DNA of 64,000 nt from positions 372,001-436,000 of IMG/VR virus record IMGVR_UViG_3300009545_000018; one strand, given 5' to 3'. The position numbers and the translations under genes were made by a program. This document shows positions 50,985 to 60,515 of the stretch, piece after piece. Positions within the stretch are counted from its first letter, which is position 1; each line of letters begins with the position of its first letter. Below the pieces are notes generated by a model. That model saw nothing but the letters and a program-made list of their open reading frames with translations, made no database searches and was not told the DNA's origin.

Positions 50985-51632
50985 ATGAATTCAAAGAAAC
51001 TTCTAAGATTTGCTATAGCATTCTATTCAATAGCAATGAAAGAAAAACTACCAGAAAATTCTAAAGATACTTCTAAAATACTTAAAAACTTAGAGGCATT
51101 AGAATCATTTAATGCTCGCAAAAGATATGCCAACGCCAATTTAAAAAATTTATCTTCCGGCTCATCCAGGATTGTGTACTTGACACCTGATAAAACTATC
51201 CTTAAGTTAGCAAAAAATGAAAAAGGATTGGCTCAAAATGAAGCAGAGTCTAATCCTAAAATGAAATCTAAGTATATTAATAAAGTACTTAAACGAGCTA
51301 AAAATGATGCTTGGATAGAGGTTCCATATTTAGATAAGATTACTGAAAGAGATTTTAAAAAGATGACAACATTATCTTTTAATGATTTTAGTAATTGTAT
51401 TAGGTATGGTTTAAAATCAGTATCAGGAAATACTGATAAAGATAAACCTGACTGTTTTGATAAGGTGTCCAAACATCCTTTGTATGTAGAAATGTTAGAA
51501 ATAGGTAAAAAATTTAAATTAATGCCCGGTGATTTATCCAAAATATCATCTTGGGGATCTAAAGATAATAAACCTATTCTTATAGATGCTGGATTGACAC
51601 AAAAAGTATATGAAGAATTTTATGAATCATGA
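50985..51632 (+). CDS. Protein-kinase-like fold protein
   Basis: SSGSSRIVY loop, ILKLAK, AQNEAE, GDL...SWG, LIDAG in kinase order. Confidence 0.55.
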   Translation: MNSKKLLRFAIAFYSIAMKEKLPENSKDTSKILKNLEALESFNARKRYANANLKNLSSGSSRIVYLTPDKTILKLAKNEKGLAQNEAESNPKMKSKYINKVLKRAKNDAWIEVPYLDKITERDFKKMTTLSFNDFSNCIRYGLKSVSGNTDKDKPDCFDKVSKHPLYVEMLEIGKKFKLMPGDLSKISSWGSKDNKPILIDAGLTQKVYEEFYES

Positions 51633-52177
51633 TATTTAATAAAATCTTGGATGGATTATATTATTACGGAACATGTATTTTATGTGATGGTAATATGTCT
51701 ATAAATAATGATGGATTTAATTACCAACCAGCTTATAATAATTGTGGTTTCAATTTAGTATTTAATCTTGACAAGATGGATAGACTTGTTGTAGATCCAA
51801 TTTCAGAGTCTGTATATATAAATTATGAACCGGAAGAGTTACTTTTTTATAATAATGATGTTGATGATTTTAAAAATATATATGGATATAATGATTGTTT
51901 TACAACTATAATAAAATGTAAGAATTGTGATAAGTTTGCGTACTCTATAGATATTCATATTGATTTATATGATCAAAAAATATTACATAGTAATTTAAAT
52001 GATATTACTTGTAATTATAAAGAAAAATATTGGATAATGAATAATTATTATCAAAATACAACAACATTATTAAATGATGTTAATGATGAATTGATTAAAG
52101 TGCCATTAATTACACTAGAAAAACAAAATATTAATTATATTTTTAATCGTTTACAAAAATTAATTATTTTCTCCTAA
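51629..52177 (+). CDS. Array member: CxxC protein with the shared tail
   Basis: CILC, CKNC; ends FNRLQKLIIFS. Confidence 0.7.
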   Translation: MIFNKILDGLYYYGTCILCDGNMSINNDGFNYQPAYNNCGFNLVFNLDKMDRLVVDPISESVYINYEPEELLFYNNDVDDFKNIYGYNDCFTTIIKCKNCDKFAYSIDIHIDLYDQKILHSNLNDITCNYKEKYWIMNNYYQNTTTLLNDVNDELIKVPLITLEKQNINYIFNRLQKLIIFS

Positions 52178-52193
52178 TGCTATATGTAGTGGC

Positions 52194-52868
52194 ATGTTAT
52201 CTTCAAATTTTTTAGAGCATGGTAAAACGTGCCCAATTTGTAATAAAAAATTGTCTTTATATGCAATAGTAGGTGAAATAGGAACTTTTAAATGCAATAA
52301 CAATTATGTTGCAAATAAAAAAAGAAAACTTAATTTTTATCCATTAAGAGATAAAATGTTTTTATTACACTCAAGTGTGAATAAAACTGACAATTTTGTA
52401 ATTAAATTAATGGATGATAATAAATTTGATTTTACTTTCTCTTCTGAGAATTTATTTAAAACTATAATTAAATCTAATATAAGTTTTTTTTATATTTGTA
52501 ATCTATCTTCATTTTATAATGAAACAAGCTATTCTATTAATAGCTATAATGTTGACGGGTTTAATGCATGTTATTATAAATTATCCAGTATTCTTTCTTT
52601 TAATTATAAAGACGATAATTTAACCCTAACAAATTATAATTCAAGTTCATGTCATTTAGAAATGTTCTCTCTATTAGAAGATAATAATAAATATTCTTTG
52701 ATTTATAATTATGGAACTCAAAAAACTCTATTTTATTTTAATGACTCTAAAGAAAACAATATAGAACCATCCTTCTTTAAAGAATTTGATATTTTAGAAT
52801 ATTATCCTGATTTTACTAATCATTCTAAAGTTTTGAATAAATTTAAATCTTGGGTTCTATTATCATAA
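52194..52868 (+). CDS. Array member: CxxC protein, variant tail
   Basis: CPIC; ends VLNKFKSWVLLS. Confidence 0.7.
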   Translation: MLSSNFLEHGKTCPICNKKLSLYAIVGEIGTFKCNNNYVANKKRKLNFYPLRDKMFLLHSSVNKTDNFVIKLMDDNKFDFTFSSENLFKTIIKSNISFFYICNLSSFYNETSYSINSYNVDGFNACYYKLSSILSFNYKDDNLTLTNYNSSSCHLEMFSLLEDNNKYSLIYNYGTQKTLFYFNDSKENNIEPSFFKEFDILEYYPDFTNHSKVLNKFKSWVLLS

Positions 52869-53363
52869 ATGATTACTATTAATGATTTTATAAATAGCCG
52901 AAATCATTGTTTCTGTTGTGGTTCAAATTTAGAAATCTGTATAGAAAGTTTTTCTTTACAAAAAACACCTTCTTTATTATTAAAAAACAATATATTATTA
53001 ATTAATTCATCTTACTTTGATATACATATAGATTTATTAAATAATTATGTAATAAAAGGTTGCGATAAATCACATTGGGAATTTAAACTGGTATTATTTT
53101 GTCCTTTACATAAAGAGTTGCCAAAAGATATATATAAGTATGAACTTATTTTTGATATTTATTGTGGAAAAATAGCCAATGAAACGCCTATAGAATACCT
53201 AATGACTGATAATTTTATTTTACAGTCATTTCCATCTCTAGATGAGATGGAATATGTTAGTTTAAAATCCAACAAAAAAATTACATTTCCTTACTTTGAT
53301 TATAGTCAGATGTCACTACCAAAGTTAAAGAGTAAACTAAAGACATATTTGTTAATGCAATGA
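52869..53363 (+). CDS. Array member: CxxC protein, variant tail
   Basis: CFCCGS; ends LKSKLKTYLLMQ. Confidence 0.7.
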   Translation: MITINDFINSRNHCFCCGSNLEICIESFSLQKTPSLLLKNNILLINSSYFDIHIDLLNNYVIKGCDKSHWEFKLVLFCPLHKELPKDIYKYELIFDIYCGKIANETPIEYLMTDNFILQSFPSLDEMEYVSLKSNKKITFPYFDYSQMSLPKLKSKLKTYLLMQ

Positions 53364-54439
53364 ATACATATCAAAAAATAATGGCTTGTGAAGATAAATT
53401 TCAAGCTATCCAAAAAATTATCTCAATAGATGAATTTACAAGAAGACTTTCAGAAATTGATCATATTTGTAACGATCCTACTACATGGAATGATCATAAA
53501 GCTGCCGCACGTATCATGAAAGAACGGCAAAAAATATCTGATGTAATAAGTAAATATACTTACTTTAAAAATTGGGTTCTCTTTTTTAAAGAGATAGTAA
53601 ATGAACTTCCAGAAGAAATACAATCGTTTAGCCAAGAATCTTCTACTCTGCTATCAGAATTGTCTGCATTTGAGATTAGTCAGATTTTTAAAGAAGAGTC
53701 TGATGATTTGCCTGCTATCCTCTCTATCAATGCCGGGGCTGGTGGTTTAGAGGCAGCAAATTGGGTTACTATGCTCTTACGTATGTATGCTAGATATGCC
53801 AGTAATAATAATTTCAAAGTAGAAATTTTAGACACCAAACCATCTGAAGAGCATAGTTCTATTTGTACTGATTCAGTATCTATTAGAATAGAAGGTACTT
53901 ATGCTTATGGTTTTTTTAAAAGTGAGTCTGGTGTACATAGGTTAATACGTAACTCTCCATTTAGTTCAAATGATACTAGACATACATCCTTTGCTGCCGT
54001 GTCTGTTATGCCAGATATAGAAGACACTATTGATATTAATATTTTAGATAAGGATTTAGAAATAACTGCAATGCGGGCGGGCGGTAGTGGAGGACAACAT
54101 CAAAATAAAACTAATAGTGCCGTTAGATTAAAACACTTGCCAACAGGGATTAATATTGCTGTTAGAGGTGAGAGAGATTATCATCAAAATAAAAGAACAG
54201 CTATGAAGATGTTGAAAGCTAAATTATATGAAATTGAGTTAAAGAAGCAACAAGAAGAAAAGAATAAACATTTAGATGCTATGCAAGATGTAGCTTTTGG
54301 TTCTCAAATAAGAACTTATACTATGAGTCCCACTCAAATAGTAAAAGATCATAGAACAGATTTTGAATGTAATAATACTAATAATGTTTTAGATGGAGAA
54401 ATTGATGATTTTATTAGTGCCTATTTGCATATGATGTAA
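53360..54439 (+). CDS. prfB: Peptide chain release factor 2, single uninterrupted ORF
   Basis: GAGGLEAANW, ESGVHRLIRNSPF (SPF = RF2 specificity), RHTSFA, GGSGGQHQNKT (GGQ), GSQIRTY. Confidence 0.95.
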   Translation: MNTYQKIMACEDKFQAIQKIISIDEFTRRLSEIDHICNDPTTWNDHKAAARIMKERQKISDVISKYTYFKNWVLFFKEIVNELPEEIQSFSQESSTLLSELSAFEISQIFKEESDDLPAILSINAGAGGLEAANWVTMLLRMYARYASNNNFKVEILDTKPSEEHSSICTDSVSIRIEGTYAYGFFKSESGVHRLIRNSPFSSNDTRHTSFAAVSVMPDIEDTIDINILDKDLEITAMRAGGSGGQHQNKTNSAVRLKHLPTGINIAVRGERDYHQNKRTAMKMLKAKLYEIELKKQQEEKNKHLDAMQDVAFGSQIRTYTMSPTQIVKDHRTDFECNNTNNVLDGEIDDFISAYLHMM

Positions 54440-54440
54440 T

Positions 54441-55013
54441 ATGAATAAGCTTTTATTAAAAGATTTTATAAAATATAATAGTCCTTGTTTTGTCTGCAAT
54501 AGTAATATTGAATTAATTGTTAATAATTATGATAATTTAACTCAACATAACTCTAGACTACATTGTCATGTTTCATCTAAACAAACTGTTATACCAATTA
54601 AAATTAAGTATAGTAATTCTCTAGAGTTAATCATTCATCATAAAGATAATAGATTTAGCACTAACAATATAGATGAGTTACTAAAGTATTTTCAAACAAA
54701 CATTTTGTGGTTAACTAGCCAATGTTCAAATTTAAAATGTAATTCTGTTATTGTATCCTCTCAAATTGTATTAAATACTAAATTTTTTAGACTTGATCCT
54801 CTAACCATACAATATGAACATTTTTACTTAAAAAATTCTAATAAAATATCAGCTATAGTAATGACTGATTATAGAAATAATAGTACAGTCATATCTTTAG
54901 CTGATGAATTTAATATTATTCTTAATCTATCACTAACCGCAATGAGTTTGAAAAAATATAAAACTAAAGAACAATTCTTTAAAAAAATGAAAACGTATAT
55001 TACATTTTCATAA
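54441..55013 (+). CDS. Array member: CxxC protein with the shared tail
   Basis: FIKYNSPCFVC (parallels FINSRNHCFCC in 52869); ends FKKMKTYITFS. Confidence 0.7.
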   Translation: MNKLLLKDFIKYNSPCFVCNSNIELIVNNYDNLTQHNSRLHCHVSSKQTVIPIKIKYSNSLELIIHHKDNRFSTNNIDELLKYFQTNILWLTSQCSNLKCNSVIVSSQIVLNTKFFRLDPLTIQYEHFYLKNSNKISAIVMTDYRNNSTVISLADEFNIILNLSLTAMSLKKYKTKEQFFKKMKTYITFS

Positions 55014-55466
55014 AAAAATCTTAAGATTATTAAGCCTTTTACAGTATAGAATGGTTTCTACTAAATCACGTATCTTTAATTGATGTTCATTGTTGTCTTT
55101 AATCCATTTTTGTTTTTTAAATCTGTAATCTGTTTTAATATTTATCTCTTTACCTAATTCAAATAATCTAATTTGAAAATGACTAAACTCTCTAAGTTTT
55201 TTAGGTTTACAATCGTAAGCGTCGTCAAGAACTAATTGTATATTATAATCGCCTACCTTAATAAAGTTATCAAAAATAATCCTTTTATTCTTATTGTAGT
55301 AGGTATATAATATAATGTTGTCTCTTAGAGATTCTTTTATTTTATTTTTAGTAACTTTATTACTAAAATCTAAAATTACGGTTGTTTGTCTAGTTGCTTT
55401 AATTAAACTCATAATGTATGTTTGTAATGCAGGTATATTAATATGTTTGATGTAAATGATCCACAT
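55008..55466 (-). CDS. Inverted unrelated gene inside the array, also with the shared tail
   Basis: No CxxC start; ends CKRLNNLKIFL. Confidence 0.65.
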   Translation of the reverse strand: MWIIYIKHINIPALQTYIMSLIKATRQTTVILDFSNKVTKNKIKESLRDNIILYTYYNKNKRIIFDNFIKVGDYNIQLVLDDAYDCKPKKLREFSHFQIRLFELGKEINIKTDYRFKKQKWIKDNNEHQLKIRDLVETILYCKRLNNLKIFL

Positions 55467-55763
55467 TGCTTAATTTGTAATAGACAATGTCGTGCTTTTA
55501 TAGAAAACTTTTACTCCTGTGATCTTATGCCAGCTCATTATTTTTCAATAATGATCAAAGATAATGTAATTAAACATATTCAAATTAGATTGGAAAATTT
55601 TTGCGCAACTTCCAATTATTCTTTGAATAAAACTTTTATTTGGAAGCATTGTGATAATAATTTAAATTGTTCCAAAATTATTATGTCTCCGGCAATGGAA
55701 TTTGATTTTAATAATTATATTAAGATGTTAAATAAATTGAAAACCATAATTAATTTTAGTTGA
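55443..55763 (+). CDS. Array member
   Basis: CLIC..C....H; ends LNKLKTIINFS. Confidence 0.7.
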   Translation: MFDVNDPHCLICNRQCRAFIENFYSCDLMPAHYFSIMIKDNVIKHIQIRLENFCATSNYSLNKTFIWKHCDNNLNCSKIIMSPAMEFDFNNYIKMLNKLKTIINFS

Positions 55764-56158
55764 TAATGTTACATATAAAAGTGATATTAAAACAAATGCC
55801 AATTAATTGTCCAATATGTAATGGACCCTTAGTCAATAACTTTAAAGAATATCCCAAAGGTAATACATATGCAATGGATAAAAATTGTTTTCAAGCCAGC
55901 CATTACTTTTATTGTGCTTCTACAAAAGGTAAGGAAGATGAAGTTGCTTTTATTTGTATCGGACTTGATCCATATAAAAAAGTAACGGCAAATTGGTTAG
56001 TCTTAGAAAAGAAATTATATATTTATGGTAATGAGTCTACCAATAATCGAAAAAATATCTCAGAAGTAAAAACGACATATATTCCATATGTTGAACCAGA
56101 TTTTTCGGATCCTTTTAAATTAATTGACAAAATAAGATTATATTGTAAATTAATATAA
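55760..56158 (+). CDS. Array member, variant tail
   Basis: NCPIC...C...SH; ends IDKIRLYCKLI. Confidence 0.7.
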   Translation: MIMLHIKVILKQMPINCPICNGPLVNNFKEYPKGNTYAMDKNCFQASHYFYCASTKGKEDEVAFICIGLDPYKKVTANWLVLEKKLYIYGNESTNNRKNISEVKTTYIPYVEPDFSDPFKLIDKIRLYCKLI

Positions 56159-56160
56159 TC

Positions 56161-56544
56161 GTGTTATATGTCCATCATATGGATGATACTTTGCTGTGTC
56201 CTATCTGTGGCAGCAAGATGAGAAACCTTATTATGAATGATAAGTTTTGTTATCAAATTGGTAAAGTTCTCTCTTACATAGAGAGATCTTGTCATAATAA
56301 AGTAAATCATTATGTTCAAATGATTGTAGACAAGAGTTCTAAAAAAGTTTTTTGTGTAAAACTTCCTTTGAATCCACAATATTCTAAAACAATAGAAATA
56401 AATTTCTATAAAAGTGAATGTATTTTAAATCTTCTTAAAGATAAAATAAGTTATACTTTAAATATTCCTAAAATAATTGTGCCTGACTTTCCAAATCTAA
56501 TTAAATTGAAACAACAAGTTAACTTATATTCTCTATTTTCATGA
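56161..56544 (+). CDS. Array member
   Basis: CPICGS...CH...NH; ends LKQQVNLYSLFS. Confidence 0.7.
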   Translation: MLYVHHMDDTLLCPICGSKMRNLIMNDKFCYQIGKVLSYIERSCHNKVNHYVQMIVDKSSKKVFCVKLPLNPQYSKTIEINFYKSECILNLLKDKISYTLNIPKIIVPDFPNLIKLKQQVNLYSLFS

Positions 56545-56561
56545 GGTGATATATATAAAGT

Positions 56562-56942
56562 ATGATAAATTGTCAAGTCTGCGGACAAAATCTAGTGAGA
56601 TCAGGCAATGCAGAAATATATACTTGTATGTCTTCTTTCCATTGGATTGAAACTTATAATAAATATATAGAATATAAACACTTTGCTTGTCATTTTAAAG
56701 ATAGTAAAATATTATATAAGGTTGTAACAATCTATCCATATTGTTTCAAAATGTTTTATGAAGATAATAAAACTAGAATATCTAAATCCATTGTCAGGTC
56801 TGAAATTAAGAAAAATGGTAAAGAGACCGCTTACTCTTCTGAAGAAGTTAATATTTTAGAAATTGATTCTATCATAGAATTTCCTTGGTCTAATAAAGAT
56901 CAAGTGCTTGATAAATTAAAATTATATTCTATCTTTTCATGA
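56562..56942 (+). CDS. Array member
   Basis: CQVCG...C; ends LDKLKLYSIFS. Confidence 0.7.
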   Translation: MINCQVCGQNLVRSGNAEIYTCMSSFHWIETYNKYIEYKHFACHFKDSKILYKVVTIYPYCFKMFYEDNKTRISKSIVRSEIKKNGKETAYSSEEVNILEIDSIIEFPWSNKDQVLDKLKLYSIFS

Positions 56943-57259
56943 ACTATCAATGTCATTATTGTAATAAAAATTTAGAAAGAACCTCAACTGTTACATTGTC
57001 TTGTATTGGAACAGGAAATTACATTATTAAATGTTTAAATTGTTTTAAAACTAAAATAAAATTTAAGGATTATAATATTTTTGATGTAATTCTAGTTGGT
57101 AATAATTATAGTTGTCTAAAATTTTCTAATAGTTTTGATAGTAATAAAAGTTGTATAGAGGTAAATTCTTCCGAACATTTATATTTAAATAAGTGTTTAT
57201 CTTATGAAGATTGTATATTAATCTTTAAAAAATTTAACAAAATATCTGCTTTCTTATGA
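56939..57259 (+). CDS. Array member
   Basis: CHYC...C...CLNC; ends KKFNKISAFL. Confidence 0.7.
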   Translation: MNYQCHYCNKNLERTSTVTLSCIGTGNYIIKCLNCFKTKIKFKDYNIFDVILVGNNYSCLKFSNSFDSNKSCIEVNSSEHLYLNKCLSYEDCILIFKKFNKISAFL

Positions 57260-57558
57260 TTTGTCCTATTTGTAACTATAATTTATCTAAAAGTGACCTT
57301 CATGAAGGCGTCTTTATTTGTCAACAAGAAAAGAAAGTAAAACATATTTTTATGTGTTATTTTTCTTTATCTGAACCAGATATTCTAGAAGATTATTATA
57401 TAGAAGTTTCTTCTCTTAATTTAAATATTGATGGTTACCCCACTGACAATGAAACTCATATAACTTTTAATAAGAATACAATAATTTTCTCATATATAGA
57501 TTATTGTGACGCCTTAGAACTCTTTAATAAAATAAAGAAAATGTATATATTTACTTAA
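57256..57558 (+). CDS. Array member
   Basis: MICPIC...C...KH; ends NKIKKMYIFT. Confidence 0.72.
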   Translation: MICPICNYNLSKSDLHEGVFICQQEKKVKHIFMCYFSLSEPDILEDYYIEVSSLNLNIDGYPTDNETHITFNKNTIIFSYIDYCDALELFNKIKKMYIFT

Positions 57559-57560
57559 TT

Positions 57561-57881
57561 ATGTTATGTCCCATCTGTAATAATCCATGTTCTCCTAAAT
57601 TAACTACTAAAAATAATATTATTGGTGTATCTTGTGAAATAATTACAATTAGTAATTATTATCATATATTTATTTATGCTTCTGAAGACAATTTTATGCT
57701 GGCAATATATTACACTACCCTTGAAGAAGAACAATTTATAATTGTTGGCTGTTACAATGATAGTAATTCTGTAAATTTTATTTTTTCTATAAAAAATAAA
57801 ACCTTTTTAATACCACAATTTAATCCCTGTTCTTCTTTAGAAGTAATAGATAAATATTTAAATATGAAGGCATTTATATAA
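57561..57881 (+). CDS. Array member
   Basis: MLCPIC; ends IDKYLNMKAFI. Confidence 0.72.
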   Translation: MLCPICNNPCSPKLTTKNNIIGVSCEIITISNYYHIFIYASEDNFMLAIYYTTLEEEQFIIVGCYNDSNSVNFIFSIKNKTFLIPQFNPCSSLEVIDKYLNMKAFI

Positions 57882-58150
57882 TGTGTCCTATTTGTTTTGA
57901 ACCTCATCCTTCTCATAAAGTTAGATTTAATCATAGGTTTGTTTATATAAATGACTTTCATTGGTCTCTTTCTATACATTATAAAAATACTACTATAGAA
58001 ATTAGCAGAGAATGTCCTAGTAATGGTTTTAATTATAATTATTATGTTTATTTACAGATCGGCTCAAACGAATACCAATTACCAGAATTTGAATTGTGTA
58101 ATACTTTAGAAGTATTAAATAAATTTATGAAAATTAAATCATTTGCATAA
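57881..58150 (+). CDS. Array member
   Basis: MCPIC; ends LNKFMKIKSFA. Confidence 0.7.
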   Translation: MCPICFEPHPSHKVRFNHRFVYINDFHWSLSIHYKNTTIEISRECPSNGFNYNYYVYLQIGSNEYQLPEFELCNTLEVLNKFMKIKSFA

Positions 58151-58209
58151 TTATTTTTAATTGCTTTATCGATTATCATGATTATAGTAGTGCTGATATA
58201 AAATTTTCA

Positions 58210-58488
58210 ATGCATTGTCCAATTTGTAATAAATTTATAACGCCTGACGCCGATGCCATCAGAGTATGTCGAGGTAATAATCCAGAGGGATTTCATCATT
58301 TTTATTTTGAAAACCCAACTAATTTTAGTTTATTTTTTGAAAATGTAGAACTCCATGCCCTTAATAATAAATATACTTTTATAGTCGAAGAGCCCCGCCA
58401 AATAATAAAAATTAATTTAGATAAAATTGAATATTGTGAAATTATGGAAATTATAGATAGATATATGAAAATGTTGGTTTTTTCATGA
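58210..58488 (+). CDS. Array member
   Basis: MHCPIC...C...HH; ends IDRYMKMLVFS. Confidence 0.72.
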   Translation: MHCPICNKFITPDADAIRVCRGNNPEGFHHFYFENPTNFSLFFENVELHALNNKYTFIVEEPRQIIKINLDKIEYCEIMEIIDRYMKMLVFS

Positions 58489-58766
58489 ATTGTCCCATTT
58501 GTCAGCTATCTATGACACTTATTAAAATAAATAATAAAGATGAAAGATTTCGCTGTGAATCAAATAAGCAACATTATTGTGTTTATTATTTAAATGGACT
58601 TACTTGGTGGGTGCAACATAATAACATGGAAATTGAATATGATCATCTATTTGGTTGTAGTTTAATTGTAAATGATGAATCAGGTATAGAACACTATTAC
58701 AGAATAGATTATAATGTGTCTTTTCAAGATGCACCAAAACTTTTAAAATTGAAAGCTTTTTTATGA
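58485..58766 (+). CDS. Array member
   Basis: MNCPIC...C...QH; ends APKLLKLKAFL. Confidence 0.72.
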   Translation: MNCPICQLSMTLIKINNKDERFRCESNKQHYCVYYLNGLTWWVQHNNMEIEYDHLFGCSLIVNDESGIEHYYRIDYNVSFQDAPKLLKLKAFL

Positions 58767-59071
58767 ATTGTCCAGTTTGTAATCAACCTATGATTTATGT
58801 AAAAGAAGATGAAGGTGGTCCGCAAACCTTTAATAGAAATAAATGTAACTATCGTCCTGACCATGATACTAGGCATTATGATGATGGTGCCTGGTTTACA
58901 AAATTAAATAATATTCAAATAGGACATAATCTAGATGATCCTAATCTTTCCAACTTCTATGTAAGAATAATTGGCGAACATGAAACCTCCTTTTTAAATA
59001 TTGATGCAATATCTTTTGAAGATAGTTATAATTATCTTATTAAATTTTCGAAATTGAAAGCCTTTCTATGA
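58763..59071 (+). CDS. Array member
   Basis: MNCPVC...C...DH; ends LIKFSKLKAFL. Confidence 0.72.
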   Translation: MNCPVCNQPMIYVKEDEGGPQTFNRNKCNYRPDHDTRHYDDGAWFTKLNNIQIGHNLDDPNLSNFYVRIIGEHETSFLNIDAISFEDSYNYLIKFSKLKAFL

Positions 59072-59352
59072 ATTGCCCCATCTGTAACCATCAAATGGAA
59101 GAAAGATATAAATATTTAGCTCCCACAGGAATTTTCTTTAGATGTATCCAATTCTCACAACAGCATGATACCGTTTTTATTAACGAAAAAGAATGGACCG
59201 TTAGATATAACAGTATCATTTTGTTTACAATAAATAGTTTGTTTTATTTAAAATTTTCCACCAATAGTCAAAGCATTAATATTCCCAATATTCCTTTTAA
59301 TGAATCTTTTAAATGTATACAAAAATATCTTAAATTACAAAGCTTTACATGA
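59068..59352 (+). CDS. Array member
   Basis: MNCPIC...C...QH; ends IQKYLKLQSFT. Confidence 0.72.
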   Translation: MNCPICNHQMEERYKYLAPTGIFFRCIQFSQQHDTVFINEKEWTVRYNSIILFTINSLFYLKFSTNSQSINIPNIPFNESFKCIQKYLKLQSFT

Positions 59353-59405
59353 TCTGCCCCTTTAATATTCTGCAACGTTATATTAATTTATCAGCTTTCT
59401 TATGA
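59349..59405 (+). CDS. 18-aa tail-only mini-ORF MICPFNILQRYINLSAFL
   Basis: Family start (MICP) fused in frame to the tail; ATGA overlaps on both sides. Confidence 0.6.
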   Translation: MICPFNILQRYINLSAFL

Positions 59406-59772
59406 TTATTCTTTATACTTTTCTCTTGTCTTTAATATTAGCAGCTTGGCTTACAGCTACCCCCAAATTACAGCTAATCCCAACTAAACATCTTCTTATA
59501 TGTCCATTTTGTCTAAAACAATTGGATAAGTATGCTGTTATGTTTAGAGACTGTAATAATTTCCCTCCCCTGGAAAAATTAATCATGCTTTCTCTATGTT
59601 TGCAGAAAATTTCTATCTGATTGTTTATGCTGATGTTACTATTAAATTAGAAAAATATTATAATTCATATTTTATCACAATCAATGATAAAATATTTACA
59701 ATCCCTCCCTTCCAAGTGTGTAATAGTTTAGAGGTAATGCATAAATATTTAAAATTATTGCCCTTTTCTTAA
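59402..59772 (+). pseudogene. Frameshifted array member
   Basis: ICPFC...C in one frame; from the C-rich run near 59561-59570 the -1 frame continues NHAF...MHKYLKLLPFS stop. Confidence 0.6.
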
Positions 59773-59816
59773 CAACATACAATATCTCGATCGCAACTTC
59801 CCTCGCGCATAAAATT

Positions 59817-60071
59817 ATGAAATGTCCCCTCTGTTATGATAGCTGTCAAACTCTCTATTCTAATGAATTTAGATGTACTAAGTTTGATCATAGTTTCGTT
59901 TTTTCTCATCATGATTGGGCTCTCTATCATATACCATCGGATATAATTACTACAACTTATGGGCTATCGTATTATACCAGTAATAATATTATCTCCTTTG
60001 AAACGCTAAAATCCCCTGATGCTGCTATTAAAATTTTGTTAAAATTCTTAAAAATATCCGCCTTTGCCTAA
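59817..60071 (+). CDS. Array member
   Basis: MKCPLC...C..FDH; ends LLKFLKISAFA. Confidence 0.72.
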   Translation: MKCPLCYDSCQTLYSNEFRCTKFDHSFVFSHHDWALYHIPSDIITTTYGLSYYTSNNIISFETLKSPDAAIKILLKFLKISAFA

Positions 60072-60072
60072 A

Positions 60073-60218
60073 ATGAATTGTCCCATTTGTCAAGCTAAAC
60101 TTATAAAATATCTAAGAATCCATTAGAAGAATTGTCTTGCTATAAAATGAAAATTATCCCGTTTTCAGAGTGTTATCAAACGTTACAACGCTATATCAAG
60201 ATGTCTGCCTTCCTATGA
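60073..60218 (+). pseudogene. Frameshifted and shortened array member
   Basis: MNCPICQAKLIK, then the -1 frame at an A-run gives ISKNPLEE...LQRYIKMSAFL stop; internal 23-aa ORF 60147-60218. Confidence 0.6.
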
Positions 60219-60514
60219 AAATTTGTCCCGTTTGTCATCAGCCACTAATAAAAGAAAAATTAGGTAGTCCCATATTTACTTCTTATTATTGTACCGAATT
60301 TGGTCATGTTGCTTCTTGGTCTTCTTCTAACAGTTGGTCATTATACTGCTATGTTAATGATTATTTATATGCTATTATCGGCTCGGAAGATAAATGTAGT
60401 TTTATCACCTTTACTGATAATACAACAAAAGTAACAACAACGAATATTTATACTTCTTTTGAAGAGTCTTATCTGTCTATCCAACGAATGGTTAAATTAT
60501 TAACTTTTATTTAA
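60215..60514 (+). CDS. Array member
   Basis: MKICPVC start via ATGA overlap; ends IQRMVKLLTFI. Confidence 0.72.
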   Translation: MKICPVCHQPLIKEKLGSPIFTSYYCTEFGHVASWSSSNSWSLYCYVNDYLYAIIGSEDKCSFITFTDNTTKVTTTNIYTSFEESYLSIQRMVKLLTFI

Positions 60515-60515
60515 A

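Noticed and set aside
57571-59090. CCCATC hexamers inside array genes as extra boxes
   Set aside because: They encode Cys-Pro-Ile and lack the AACGG half
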